Below, piece after piece: positions 18,892 through 28,653 of a DNA stretch of 64,000 nucleotides (positions are counted from its first letter, which is position 1; each line of letters begins with the position of its first letter). The stretch covers positions 1 to 64,000 of IMG/VR virus record IMGVR_UViG_3300028887_000090; one strand, given 5' to 3'. Made by a program: the position numbers and the translations under genes. The stretch comes from a virus. Its lineage: Duplodnaviria > Caudoviricetes. A model generated the notes under the pieces. That model saw only the letters and a list, made by a program, of their open reading frames with translations. It made no database searches and had not been told where the DNA came from.

Positions 18892-18902
18892 AAATTTATG
18901 AA

Positions 18903-19772
18903 TTAATGAGTTTTTATTGTTTGTTTGTCGCAGGTGACTGATAAACGGGAAATCCTCAGACGGTTATCACCATCAGAGAGATTGGCGTTAAGCCAGTCCT
19001 GAATATTTTCACTTACAAACTCGAAAGAGTCTTTTGCGTCGTAGGTGTCGCAATCTGGATAGGACAGCTCTACTTCAATCGTCATCTTCTTAAAACCAGG
19101 GTAAGCCAGCACCTGACGTTTCCATGCTTCCTGTTCCTCACTGGTAGGTGGTGAAGGAATAAAACGTTTGAGGGTTTCGGAAAGCCCTTCGCTGCTGAGT
19201 AGCTTTTTTATCTTTGGCATTTCCTTGGCCATCTTTCTGCCAAATTCTTCGCGGGATTTCTTGGATAATACTAATTCCCCGTTTGTTGGTTGTGGGTACG
19301 GTTCTACCTGGAAGAAAAGTTGATCGCGTATATCTTTTGGAGCCACGTAGCCTTCCGTCCAATTCCATGACTTTCCCCAAGGGTTTAGATAACCTTCAGC
19401 AATAAAGACATCTTCATAGCGGTGATCGTTGCTATATGTCAGCATACCGGCTGTTGGCATGAGACGGTAAGTGATATCCTGAAGGTCTTTACCTAATTGT
19501 TCTGGATGGGCTTCAAATTCTTTAAACCAGTCTTTTATATATAAGATGTCTTTTTCGATTTCCTCTTTTGTCAGGCCCTTCATTGTTGGCCACATCTTAG
19601 GAATCATCTTGAAGTCGTCGAGTTTCAAGGCTTCCACCTTTGGCTTCAGATGTTCATATTCGTTCTTTGTCAGACCGCGTATAGGCCCACACATTTTATC
19701 CAGACAAAACAGGCGATGCTTTACGCTATCGACCCAGAGGATATGACAGTAAACATATTCTTCGTTTGCCAT
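18903..19772 (-). CDS. hypothetical protein
   Basis: 289-aa ORF. Confidence 0.7.
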   Translation of the reverse strand: MANEEYVYCHILWVDSVKHRLFCLDKMCGPIRGLTKNEYEHLKPKVEALKLDDFKMIPKMWPTMKGLTKEEIEKDILYIKDWFKEFEAHPEQLGKDLQDITYRLMPTAGMLTYSNDHRYEDVFIAEGYLNPWGKSWNWTEGYVAPKDIRDQLFFQVEPYPQPTNGELVLSKKSREEFGRKMAKEMPKIKKLLSSEGLSETLKRFIPSPPTSEEQEAWKRQVLAYPGFKKMTIEVELSYPDCDTYDAKDSFEFVSENIQDWLNANLSDGDNRLRISRLSVTCDKQTIKTH

Positions 19773-19778
19773 AATGAA

Positions 19779-20003
19779 TTAATGATTTCTTGAATATTCA
19801 ATACCGGCTTTGATACCTGTGGATAGGAGTCGTTTCACGAAGGCTTTGAACTCCTCTTGCTCCATAAGACAAACGGTGTGGAAACCTTTATGTTGGTTCC
19901 CTCTCTTGATGCCTTTTGCCTCTATCATGTGCCACTCTCCGTTGGCTACATGCTCAATGTCCTCTTCCAGTTCCTTTGGTACGATGATTTCTTCTTTTGC
20001 CAT
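19779..20003 (-). CDS. hypothetical protein
   Basis: 74-aa ORF. Confidence 0.6.
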   Translation of the reverse strand: MAKEEIIVPKELEEDIEHVANGEWHMIEAKGIKRGNQHKGFHTVCLMEQEEFKAFVKRLLSTGIKAGIEYSRNH

Positions 20004-20105
20004 GTTTTTTTGCTTTATACTTGGTTTTACCTTTTAGATGTCTGTAGTACCTGTAATCAGCAGGTATATCAAACTCCTTTGAACGAAAATAGTCTATTGC
20101 AATCA

Positions 20106-20600
20106 TTATTCGTATAGTCTTGGGTCAACTTCTAATTTCTTCAGGAGAATTTTTGTAGTCTCTATCAGATCCTTATTATCGCCAAAGATACGCTCCCATG
20201 CAGGATTGGGTTTATAGCGTGGAATGCGCATTAGTTGTAATGGCTCCCATTCCGGAATGAAACGCAGTTGGCGAAGCATCGCTTTCAGGTGACGTGGACG
20301 GTCGATGATAAAGAGCTGTTCGTGCTGAAAGCCTCCCTTATAAACCACCGTGACGTGTAGAGCAATATCGTAGCCATGAGTGACGTACCAGAGCATCTTC
20401 TTACGCTCCTTGCACTGCTTCGCCTTCAGGCGTTTCGTCTCTTCGACTAATGCTGATATGTCGATGTTGCCATAGGCCGTGATGCAGACGCGCTGCACTT
20501 TCGGCTGTGGTTCCTCCGGTGGGATGTGCGTAGTCAGGCAGCCTTCGCATTCGCCTACCTTTGCTCCTGTCTCTTTATTATATATAGTAATGTGGCTCAT
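20106..20600 (-). CDS. hypothetical protein
   Basis: ORF 20106..20621; ATG at 20600. Confidence 0.65.
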   Translation of the reverse strand: MSHITIYNKETGAKVGECEGCLTTHIPPEEPQPKVQRVCITAYGNIDISALVEETKRLKAKQCKERKKMLWYVTHGYDIALHVTVVYKGGFQHEQLFIIDRPRHLKAMLRQLRFIPEWEPLQLMRIPRYKPNPAWERIFGDNKDLIETTKILLKKLEVDPRLYE

Positions 20601-20601
20601 A

Positions 20602-21389
20602 TTAATAAATATCGAAATCAAATGTCAGTTGTCGGCTTGCTTCTTTTATCCGGTTTTGGGCGTAGTCGAACCAATAAGGGTCGCGCTCTATACCGATGTA
20701 TTTGCGATGCTCGATGATAGCAGCTACGCAGGTGGTGCCTGATCCCATCGTATTGTCGAGAATTACCCCCCCATATTGCTATATGAGCGAATGAGATAGC
20801 GCATTAGATCCACGGGCTTTTGTGTGGGATGCTTCTGGCCCTCGCTGCAATGGATGGCTGGGATGGTGATAATGCTACGTGGGTGCTTCTTATCGGTATA
20901 GGTGGGATTGATGCGCTTCATGTTGCCATAACACTGGTTGGTCTCTACCTCGGTGGCATGACCTTGCGAGTGGTTTGGCTCGCGCCCATTCAATGCCTCC
21001 ATCTGAGGATGGTACACCGGCAGCTGCTTATAGAACACACAGATATCCTCGTGGTAGCGCAATGGCATGCGGTTGGCATTCAGGAATCCCGTAGCACGGC
21101 ATTTGTCCCATACCAGGTTATAGCGCCATAGCTTCTGATTGCTCATCATCAGTTGGGCCGTAAACATACCAGAGGCAAAGAGTACGATGGCACCGTGTGG
21201 TTTGATGATACGCTCGTAATGCGTCCACAGCGGAGCAAAGGGAATTACCACGTCCCATTGAGCGTGTTTATTTCCTTTGTTCAATACGCCGTAAGGCAGA
21301 TCGCAGATAATGGCATCGATGCTCTTATCAGCTATCCCGTCCATCACCTCCAGACAGTCGCCCTGGTATATGTTGTTTGGCTCAATCAT
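20602..21389 (-). pseudogene. beta-class N4/N6 DNA methyltransferase frameshifted at a G7 tract (intact with G8)
   Basis: GDCLE, DLPY, HPTQKP, then stop; adding one G at C7 20766-20772 continues VILDNTMGSGTTCVAA...YIGIERD to stop at 20602. Confidence 0.9.
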
Positions 21390-21393
21390 TGAT

Positions 21394-21957
21394 TTATGAT
21401 TTAATGATTTCATCAATGGGTTTGTCGCTCTTTACGCCGACGATGATCTCAGCAATACATCGCCTTTTGCCTTCATCGTCTGTAATATGTTTGGTGGATA
21501 TGATTTCGGTGTCGATGATATCCATTAACAAATTATACTTAGCGGTATGTTCGATGTCTTTATATCTTCGTGACCGTTCCTCGTTACTACACTCTATTAC
21601 AAAGTCTCTCTCGTATTTGATAAAACCAGTAATTGTTTCCATTCTAACGGAGGCTGTGCGTATTTTTAATTCTCTGTTATCTCTGAATGGATCGTTGATG
21701 TCGGCCAACTGTTCCGTCAGTTTTGCATTCTGTTCTACCAGCACTTTGCCACCCTCCAGGAGAGATTCGTTTTCGCGCTTCATCTTATTATAGAGGTGAC
21801 GGAAAACGACGTTGCTCACGATGATAAGAAGGTAGAGCAAATCGATAATGGCATGAAACATATCGCCACGAATGAAAAACGCTACCGTAAAGAATGCGAG
21901 TCCACCAAACAGCAGTATGTTGATGGCCCAACTAAGTATATTGCTAAGTTTCTTCAT
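21394..21957 (-). CDS. membrane protein
   Basis: two N-terminal hydrophobic helices. Confidence 0.7.
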   Translation of the reverse strand: MKKLSNILSWAINILLFGGLAFFTVAFFIRGDMFHAIIDLLYLLIIVSNVVFRHLYNKMKRENESLLEGGKVLVEQNAKLTEQLADINDPFRDNRELKIRTASVRMETITGFIKYERDFVIECSNEERSRRYKDIEHTAKYNLLMDIIDTEIISTKHITDDEGKRRCIAEIIVGVKSDKPIDEIIKS

Positions 21958-21961
21958 AACT

Positions 21962-22411
21962 TCAATCTTTTATTCCTAATGCTTCTCTGATGACTTTAAT
22001 CATGGAGTCAACGGACTCTTTTTCTTTGATAAAACCACCATTGATAGGTTTGTCAGCACGACTGGCATAGTCTATCATGTTATTGGCCTGAGCGTAGTCA
22101 CTCATCAGCTTTTCACGAATCATTTGTTCTGCTTCAGGAGTCCACACTTTTTTGATGTGTAGGCTGTCCTGTTTGGCTGTGATTTCCTTCAATACGGCCC
22201 AATAGGTGTTTTGTTCCCATTTGTTAGCAGGGCGTGCGCGTCCATCAGCACGGGTCACAGGCTTGCGCTCTACGATATCCATGCCGTTGAAGGAAAATAT
22301 CTGTCTGTTGTTTTTCGGATTGAGACCGAGCGACATAAACACACAGTTGCTTCCCTGTATTCTCATCAGAGTGCCAGGGCGAAAGATTCTCTTATAGTTT
22401 CGTTTCTTCAT
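21962..22411 (-). CDS. hypothetical protein
   Basis: ORF in operon; ATG at 22411. Confidence 0.65.
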   Translation of the reverse strand: MKKRNYKRIFRPGTLMRIQGSNCVFMSLGLNPKNNRQIFSFNGMDIVERKPVTRADGRARPANKWEQNTYWAVLKEITAKQDSLHIKKVWTPEAEQMIREKLMSDYAQANNMIDYASRADKPINGGFIKEKESVDSMIKVIREALGIKD

Positions 22412-22576
22412 AATTATTTCATTAACCAACTAAAATACCATTTATCGAAGAGGATGCGCCCGAAGATGATAGCAGCTATAAAGCCGATAATCAGCAACAC
22501 CTTCAGAATGTCCCACAGTCCGTTATAGAACCGCTCTACCCAGCGGGGTACTCCATCGTCGTTATACTCCATAGCG

Positions 22577-23152
22577 TTATGGTTGACGGGTGCCGTCGTA
22601 GTTGTATTCTGAATCTTTACCCTCTACTTCGTCCCAATGCTTTTTGCAGAGCTCGAAGATTTTCTCACAGAGTTCGCCGCTATCGCGGAAAAGGTTCTCG
22701 AATGATTCCATCAGGTCGCCATCGCATTCTACCATGCTAAAGTCCACCTCATGTTTCTGTAGTCTGATGATAGAGATATAGGCTGACACCTCTACGCCAT
22801 AGTAGCGGAAACTCAGTTCGTAGGTTATTGGACGCATCTGGTCTTTGTCGTCATAGTCCCAATTATTCAGCTCTACGTGGGTGCAATAAAGGTTCTCTTT
22901 CAGTTCTACTGTATCGGGGCCATAGATTTCCTTGATGTCGTAGGGTTTTCCGCAGAAGGGACAGTATTTAGGCCAGAGGGCTACCTCTTCCCACTTCTGC
23001 TGATACTCACCTGGCTTACCCTTATACTTTGGTTTGTGGTAAATGCCGTTTACAATCACACGTCCGGACAGTACCTCGCTATTTACGGTGGCTGTCTCGT
23101 TAAATTTCTCCTTCAAAAGTTTATTGAAGTTGCTGATACAATCACATGCCAT
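22577..23152 (-). CDS. hypothetical protein with CxC/CPFCG motif
   Basis: MACDC...YCPFCGK. Confidence 0.7.
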   Translation of the reverse strand: MACDCISNFNKLLKEKFNETATVNSEVLSGRVIVNGIYHKPKYKGKPGEYQQKWEEVALWPKYCPFCGKPYDIKEIYGPDTVELKENLYCTHVELNNWDYDDKDQMRPITYELSFRYYGVEVSAYISIIRLQKHEVDFSMVECDGDLMESFENLFRDSGELCEKIFELCKKHWDEVEGKDSEYNYDGTRQP

Positions 23153-23164
23153 AATTAAATAGTT

Positions 23165-23596
23165 TTATCGTTTCCAATTAACATTCTCAGCCCTCTTTAC
23201 GACATTCACTTTGGGCCAGCGTACACAGGTGATGCCATCTTCGAAATATACCAATCCGCAGGAGTATGATATATTTCTGATGACATGCGTATTGTGTTCT
23301 TTAAAGTCGCGTGCCATGCTGCTGACCTCTTGAACTTCCAACACCTGAACTTCATCACCTTTGCCATAACCGTATTTCTCGCGGTATTCGTCATCCTCCT
23401 GTTGGTGGTAGTAGTTGACATCAACCTGGAAACTCTTAAAGTTCAACTCTTTGCCGTCGATAATTACCCAATAGAGGTCTTGTATCTCGCCGTTAATTTT
23501 CTTTCCGTGCAGGATGTCGTAGTAGCAAAGATGACCTTCGCCCTCCTTACCGTAATAAGGGCTGTTTTCATCTATAATTCTGATTTTTCTATTCAT
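23165..23596 (-). CDS. hypothetical protein
   Basis: ORF 23165..23683; ATG at 23596 overlaps upstream stop region. Confidence 0.65.
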   Translation of the reverse strand: MNRKIRIIDENSPYYGKEGEGHLCYYDILHGKKINGEIQDLYWVIIDGKELNFKSFQVDVNYYHQQEDDEYREKYGYGKGDEVQVLEVQEVSSMARDFKEHNTHVIRNISYSCGLVYFEDGITCVRWPKVNVVKRAENVNWKR

Positions 23597-23867
23597 AAGT
23601 ATATGAGTTAATGATTTCTTGATAATGTTCTTTTGATAGTCCGTGCCACCAGCCTTCGGTGTCCTGGCAGAGCATTTGCCCACTCTTTACGAAAGCGCCC
23701 TTGCAACTTCTACGTTCGCCGTTGGGGTATAGCTGCTTTTCACGTAGTTCATAGAGAACTTCGCCGTTTTTGAGTTTATGGCATGCTTCCACGACATCCA
23801 GATTGAATATCGTTGGACTTATCGTGTCGGGTATCTCGATCGCCTGAATGAAATGTATCTTTGCCAT
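23589..23867 (-). CDS. hypothetical protein
   Basis: 92-aa ORF. Confidence 0.65.
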   Translation of the reverse strand: MAKIHFIQAIEIPDTISPTIFNLDVVEACHKLKNGEVLYELREKQLYPNGERRSCKGAFVKSGQMLCQDTEGWWHGLSKEHYQEIINSYTYE

Positions 23868-23870
23868 AAC

Positions 23871-24038
23871 CTACTTCTTTAATAGTTCGTGGGCATCGTA
23901 GCCGCACCAGGTGCAGATGCCTTTGGCGACGTTCGGTGCATAGTTTTCTTTGCCACATTTGGGACAGCGGATCAGCAGCAGCGTGTCCGTGTCCTCGTAG
24001 TACTCTACTCCTCGTGCTAAAACTTTGGGTTTACTCAT
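23871..24038 (-). CDS. small zinc-ribbon protein (55 aa)
   Basis: RCPKCGKENY...ICTWCGYD; fills the gap between genes. Confidence 0.7.
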   Translation of the reverse strand: MSKPKVLARGVEYYEDTDTLLLIRCPKCGKENYAPNVAKGICTWCGYDAHELLKK

Positions 24039-24041
24039 AAT

Positions 24042-24407
24042 TCAATCTTCAATTCCTAATACATCGTGGTAGAAGTCGAGGGCCTTGCGGGTAGCGATGG
24101 ATGCCTTATGCTGATCCTCGCGTCGCTGTCGCTCAATCTCAAAGAGGCGTTTACGCTCGCGCTTTTCCTTGATGCCCTCCCGTCGGGCTTGCTCCTGCAT
24201 ATAGATGGTGTTACGCAGTTCGTTGTTGTCGAGTGCTTCGGCTATCATGCGGGTATTCGTCTGCATCAGTGGGCGTACAATCTCATCGATGACCCAGCCA
24301 GGCTTTTCGAGCAATGCCGCTTTCAGATCTTCGGCTGGGAAACGGATGACGTGCTTACCATCGTCATCCATTCCCACCACGTCGTTAATCTTCAGATGTA
24401 GTTCCAT
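24042..24407 (-). CDS. hypothetical protein
   Basis: ORF 24042..24434; ATG at 24407. Confidence 0.65.
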   Translation of the reverse strand: MELHLKINDVVGMDDDGKHVIRFPAEDLKAALLEKPGWVIDEIVRPLMQTNTRMIAEALDNNELRNTIYMQEQARREGIKEKRERKRLFEIERQRREDQHKASIATRKALDFYHDVLGIED

Positions 24408-24906
24408 TGGGGTTATCGGCTGTGCGAACGACACTCTGATTGGGTAGTCCTAAGCTCAGGAAACCATTTTTATCGCGTATGGCTTTGCAGACGGCAATCT
24501 CTGCATTCTCATATTCGAGTTGAGCCTGAGCACGCTTGCGCATACGTTCTGTTGCACTCTGAGCCAGTTTAGCCTCGTAGTCCTCACGCTTGCACGAAAA
24601 CTGATATTTCAGTTCGGTCATCTTTGTGCGGATGTCGGCCATTTCTATTCTGGCTGCCGGTTCACCCTGTTTGGGTTTCAGTTCATCAAACTGTCGGCGA
24701 AGTTCGTCGAGCTGCATATCAAAATGGTGGCGCTCGATGTGGTACTCTCTACGGAGTTTCGCCTGGGTGTTGTCTGATTCTTCATTCGTGCGGTGGAAAA
24801 TGTTGTCGCGCACCTCACGGCACTTTTGACGGAGAGCAAATAGCTCATCTACCGTCATACCCTCCAAGTCATTTAGGGGGGGGTAATTTACGTTTTCTTG
24901 TTTCAT
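24385..24906 (-). CDS. coiled-coil protein with C8 tract near its 5' end
   Basis: 173-aa ORF; G8 on + strand at 24876-24883. Confidence 0.7.
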   Translation of the reverse strand: MKQENVNYPPLNDLEGMTVDELFALRQKCREVRDNIFHRTNEESDNTQAKLRREYHIERHHFDMQLDELRRQFDELKPKQGEPAARIEMADIRTKMTELKYQFSCKREDYEAKLAQSATERMRKRAQAQLEYENAEIAVCKAIRDKNGFLSLGLPNQSVVRTADNPNGTTSED

Positions 24907-24967
24907 AATTGTTTTGTTTTAAGAAATTAATATAATTCGTATAATTCGCGAAATTCGTGGTCGAAAA

Positions 24968-25102
24968 TCAATCCCGTGTGATGTAGCACTCGCGGGTTTC
25001 GGGGTCGCAGTGATCCATCGCGTTTTCGTCGGTGCTGTTCCAGTCGAAGAGTTGGCAGGAGCCTTTGAGTAGGCATCCGTTGCCTTTGCATTTGGTAGCC
25101 AT
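24968..25102 (-). CDS. small Cys-rich protein
   Basis: MATKCKGNGCLLKGSC...HCDPETREC. Confidence 0.55.
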   Translation of the reverse strand: MATKCKGNGCLLKGSCQLFDWNSTDENAMDHCDPETRECYITRD

Positions 25103-25113
25103 AATAAAATATG

Positions 25114-26130
25114 TTATAGGTAAACGTCGATAGTAAGGTGAATATGTCCGTGCCAGCCACGATATTTCAGTTCGTCGATGAGTGCTTTGTCGGTACATTC
25201 AGAGAGTGCAGGGTTTTGTTCCGGTACATTCCCAATGTGTACGCCGTCGGATGGCGCTTCCTCTTTCTTTGGTTTGGTAGGAGGAGCGACAAACTCCACA
25301 TCTTTGCTGATGGTGACGGGTTTGTGACAGATGACGGGCTTCTTGCGTGACTCTGAGGGTTCGAAGGTGTCGATGTCGCTGAAGTCGCACCAATAGTAAC
25401 CACCTGACGGGCGACGGTTGGCGATAGCTCTCCAGAGTGACGTCACGCGCAGCGCACGTTCTGGTTCGCTGAGTGTGGGCCATACCTTAATGACCTCCAT
25501 CGTGCTCGGATCAATCTGAGCAATCTGCCTACGCTCCCTCGAAGGGTTATATCGTTTGCCATCCTTCGTCAGGCGAATGTTCCCTTTTTGTTCCTTCTTA
25601 GGTTCAACTTTTGACTTTTTCGCAGTCTTTTTGACCACTTTTTGACCACTCTTTTTGACCACCTGCTTTTTAGGTTTGGGCAATTTTTCTACGCTTTTTG
25701 GCAATTCTGGAACGTTTTCGGTCAATTTTGGATCGTTTTTTGGCAATTTTGATACGCTTTCGGTCAATTTTGGTACACTCTCGCGAAATTTTCTACCCGC
25801 TTTAACAGTCTCGAACATTCCGGTCGTGATATCGGAATATTCGAATGAGGGTAGGGGACAGTCCGCAGGATCTTGTGTGTGGGCATAGCGGAGTACATGC
25901 ACCATGACGGATGCAGCCTTAATCTTATCGGCTGGCAATCCTGGTGCCTGATTACATGCCTCATGGAGTTTGGCCAAGGTCACATCGTTGCAAGGCATGT
26001 TCATATCCAGATGCTTCCAGGTATTCTTGAATACGTTGCGCGTCTTAATGGCGAACTCCTTACTGCCGTCCTGTTGGCTCCATTCGTCGTATGCCTCTTG
26101 TATGGTTATCTTTGATGTACGGTTACTCAT
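25114..26130 (-). CDS. putative DNA-binding protein with heptapeptide repeats and NUMOD1-like motif
   Basis: IAQID...VIKVWPTLSEPERAL...SGGYYW; five 21-bp repeats at about 25678-25782. Confidence 0.65.
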   Translation of the reverse strand: MSNRTSKITIQEAYDEWSQQDGSKEFAIKTRNVFKNTWKHLDMNMPCNDVTLAKLHEACNQAPGLPADKIKAASVMVHVLRYAHTQDPADCPLPSFEYSDITTGMFETVKAGRKFRESVPKLTESVSKLPKNDPKLTENVPELPKSVEKLPKPKKQVVKKSGQKVVKKTAKKSKVEPKKEQKGNIRLTKDGKRYNPSRERRQIAQIDPSTMEVIKVWPTLSEPERALRVTSLWRAIANRRPSGGYYWCDFSDIDTFEPSESRKKPVICHKPVTISKDVEFVAPPTKPKKEEAPSDGVHIGNVPEQNPALSECTDKALIDELKYRGWHGHIHLTIDVYL

Positions 26131-26618
26131 CCTCGACGGTATTTTGGGTTACTCATTAGTTCTATTTCAAATCGCATTTGGTTCTCGCCATGTAGCACCT
26201 TTATCACCTGTTCGAAGTCGCGACGGCTTGGTATCACGTTGTACTTGGTGGTGACGTTGATCACTCGGCACATCGAAATGTCGTAGGCTGTGGTGCAGTA
26301 CTCCGTTTTTTCCATCGTAGGAACATCGTCGTAGTTGTAGGGGATAATCGGGCGTGTCATCAGCTTATCGTCGTGCTCGTAGTCGCGATAGATGGCTTTG
26401 ACGGGTTTCAGGCGCTCTGCTGGGAACTCGAATGTCAGGCATACATCAGTATCGACGCATCCACTCAGATAGTGAATGGCTTTGTCGGGGTCATCCTGAG
26501 TGAAGCAGAAGCCAACCGCTTTGGTACGGTTGCCTTCGTGCTTACTGTGATTCACCAACTGCTGACCCGTCATCAGTTTGATGTATTCCTCGCGAGACAT
26601 AAAACGATGTACGATCAT
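26127..26618 (-). CDS. hypothetical protein
   Basis: 163-aa ORF with 4-bp overlaps. Confidence 0.7.
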   Translation of the reverse strand: MIVHRFMSREEYIKLMTGQQLVNHSKHEGNRTKAVGFCFTQDDPDKAIHYLSGCVDTDVCLTFEFPAERLKPVKAIYRDYEHDDKLMTRPIIPYNYDDVPTMEKTEYCTTAYDISMCRVINVTTKYNVIPSRRDFEQVIKVLHGENQMRFEIELMSNPKYRRG

Positions 26619-27103
26619 TCCTCTGTCGTTGGTTCGGCCATACGTGACTCAATCAATTCAATGGCTTTGCGGTAAGTTTTTGACTCGCCTTTGAGTTGAG
26701 CGATGGCATAGTTGCCCAGGATCTCGTTGATGTTCTCAATGTCGCCGGTCATTCCCTCTACTGCTAACAGCAGCTGGTCGCCGATGGCTTCCGCAAGGTC
26801 AATGGCACGTTGTTTGTCGGCATTCCAATCCCAAGAGACATTGATAAACTGACCGTTTTCGTCGTTGTGGTTCACCATTACAAAGAAACCCTTCTGACGG
26901 AAGAAGAAGCAAAGTTTGGTGATGTTGTTGTCATCCTTCAGGGCCTCGTGGTCTTTTACGAAGATGACACCGTTCATTACTCCCTTGCTGGCAGCCTTTG
27001 TCATGTTGCCCAGGATAGGCTTAATCCAGTCCTCTTTCACAATAGCCTCGCATGTTGCTTGCTGAAGTTCCTGTGCGCAGAAATTCAAAAAATTTTCTTC
27101 CAT
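26615..27103 (-). CDS. hypothetical protein
   Basis: 162-aa ORF. Confidence 0.7.
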   Translation of the reverse strand: MEENFLNFCAQELQQATCEAIVKEDWIKPILGNMTKAASKGVMNGVIFVKDHEALKDDNNITKLCFFFRQKGFFVMVNHNDENGQFINVSWDWNADKQRAIDLAEAIGDQLLLAVEGMTGDIENINEILGNYAIAQLKGESKTYRKAIELIESRMAEPTTEE

Positions 27104-27153
27104 AATCGTATAATATTAGTAAAATCTGTGTTGTCTGTGAGATCTGTGTGACC

Positions 27154-27498
27154 TTAGAGTATATCCAGTTTGAGCATTTCTGACTCGGTGGCGCGTTCGG
27201 TGGCGAGGATGACGGGCTCGTTCATCGTAGAGACCTTCATAAAGAAGCCTTCGCCTTCGAGCAGGGAGAGATAGATGGTCAGCGGGTCGCCCAGGGTACA
27301 GGGGTATGCCTTGAAGAAGGTACGCAGGCGCGTTTCGTCGAAACGCTGAGTGGCTAACGACTCACGATCTACCGGCTGGTAGGCAGCCACAAACGCATCG
27401 ACCTTCTGGGTAATCACGAAATCGTAGAGTGATGCACCGGCCTCTTTCGCTGCTTTCGCATCTTCGAGGATGTCTTGGTTCTTTTTTTTCCTGGTCAT
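27154..27498 (-). CDS. hypothetical protein, first gene of leftward operon
   Basis: 114-aa ORF below a minus-strand promoter. Confidence 0.7.
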   Translation of the reverse strand: MTRKKKNQDILEDAKAAKEAGASLYDFVITQKVDAFVAAYQPVDRESLATQRFDETRLRTFFKAYPCTLGDPLTIYLSLLEGEGFFMKVSTMNEPVILATERATESEMLKLDIL

Positions 27499-27544
27499 CT
27501 TATATGATATTTGAATTTGTCGGCAAAGATAAACATAATATTTG
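27499..27544 (-). promoter_or_regulatory. leftward promoter flanked by two 15-bp operator-like sites
   Basis: TATCTTTG on minus strand at 27524-27531; sites at 27499-27513 and 27530-27544. Confidence 0.7.
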
Positions 27545-27676
27545 AATTGACGAAATAAAATTGTTATTATTTTCTAATATGATGTAAAATTTAACATATA
27601 TAATATCGGGGAAAATGACTCGATATTGAAAAATAATTTGTATCTTTGCGCCCAAATAATATAATCTTTCCCCGAT

Positions 27677-28516
27677 ATGGCTGAAAAACTGGTTATTGAC
27701 AAATGCAAACACTTCTATTGGTGTGATGTAGAGAGCAAGGCTGGCAAGCGACTGAAGAAGTTGATGCAGCGCCAGATCCGTGTGTGTGAGCGTGCCGACG
27801 ACTACGCAAAGAAGTACGGTGCCACAGAGTATGAGCCACCCGTGCAGTTCTATGACGGTGGTATCGACTATCTGTTGTTTGGTGACGTTACGCCCGATCC
27901 CCGTGTGTGGCGCAAGCGTCTGGATGATGCAGAGGGTAACGGCATCTATGAGCCCAACTGTATGGTTCGCTCCGATATTCTGGTATTGCCTGATGACCGT
28001 TTCCATCCCTCTGACACCTGGAATAAGACTTACGGCAAAGACCATCTGACATGGCCGATGGTGAAGGGTCAGAAGTCGTTGGCTCAGTGGGCTGCCATTA
28101 TCGGCTACCGACTGACTGATGATAAGGAGCAGGATGCAGCAGCCGTAGAACTGACCCTGCACAACAAGACCTTCGTGGCTTTCTTGGAGTACTACGGTTC
28201 CGAGCCGTGCAAGTCGAAGTCCGATGCCCCTCAGTGGTTGCGCAAGGCGATTAAGGCCGAGAAGGATAGGGTAGCCCTGCCGGTGATTACGGTGGAAGAG
28301 GTGTTTGCGCTGTTGGAGTGTGACGTGCCGAAGGAAGATCCTGAGCGTAGCGCCTTCCTATACAATATGGTTACGCCCATCTTCTTTGTGCATCGCGATA
28401 AGTTCTATATTGGCAGTCAGTGTCCGTGCCTGGTAGAGGGATTGCACGACTCGAACAAAGAGAAATTCATCTATAACTATAACGTATCAAACCGCGAGTA
28501 CGACATATCGAACTAA
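27677..28516 (+). CDS. hypothetical protein
   Basis: 279-aa ORF with upstream TATCTTTG at 27641-27648. Confidence 0.75.
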   Translation: MAEKLVIDKCKHFYWCDVESKAGKRLKKLMQRQIRVCERADDYAKKYGATEYEPPVQFYDGGIDYLLFGDVTPDPRVWRKRLDDAEGNGIYEPNCMVRSDILVLPDDRFHPSDTWNKTYGKDHLTWPMVKGQKSLAQWAAIIGYRLTDDKEQDAAAVELTLHNKTFVAFLEYYGSEPCKSKSDAPQWLRKAIKAEKDRVALPVITVEEVFALLECDVPKEDPERSAFLYNMVTPIFFVHRDKFYIGSQCPCLVEGLHDSNKEKFIYNYNVSNREYDISN

Positions 28517-28583
28517 ATTTCTTTTCTTTCCGATTCGTAGGGAAACCTTCGTTTTGTAGTAGTTTTGTTTTAGGAATTAAACT

Positions 28584-28618
28584 GTAATCCCCGCTCGTGT
28601 TTGCCAGGCGGGGATTAC
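28584..28618. terminator. hairpin between convergent genes
   Basis: GTAATCCCCGC...GCGGGGATTAC. Confidence 0.65.
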
Positions 28619-28653
28619 TATTTGTGCGCGTATATATAATAATAAGGTGGCGG

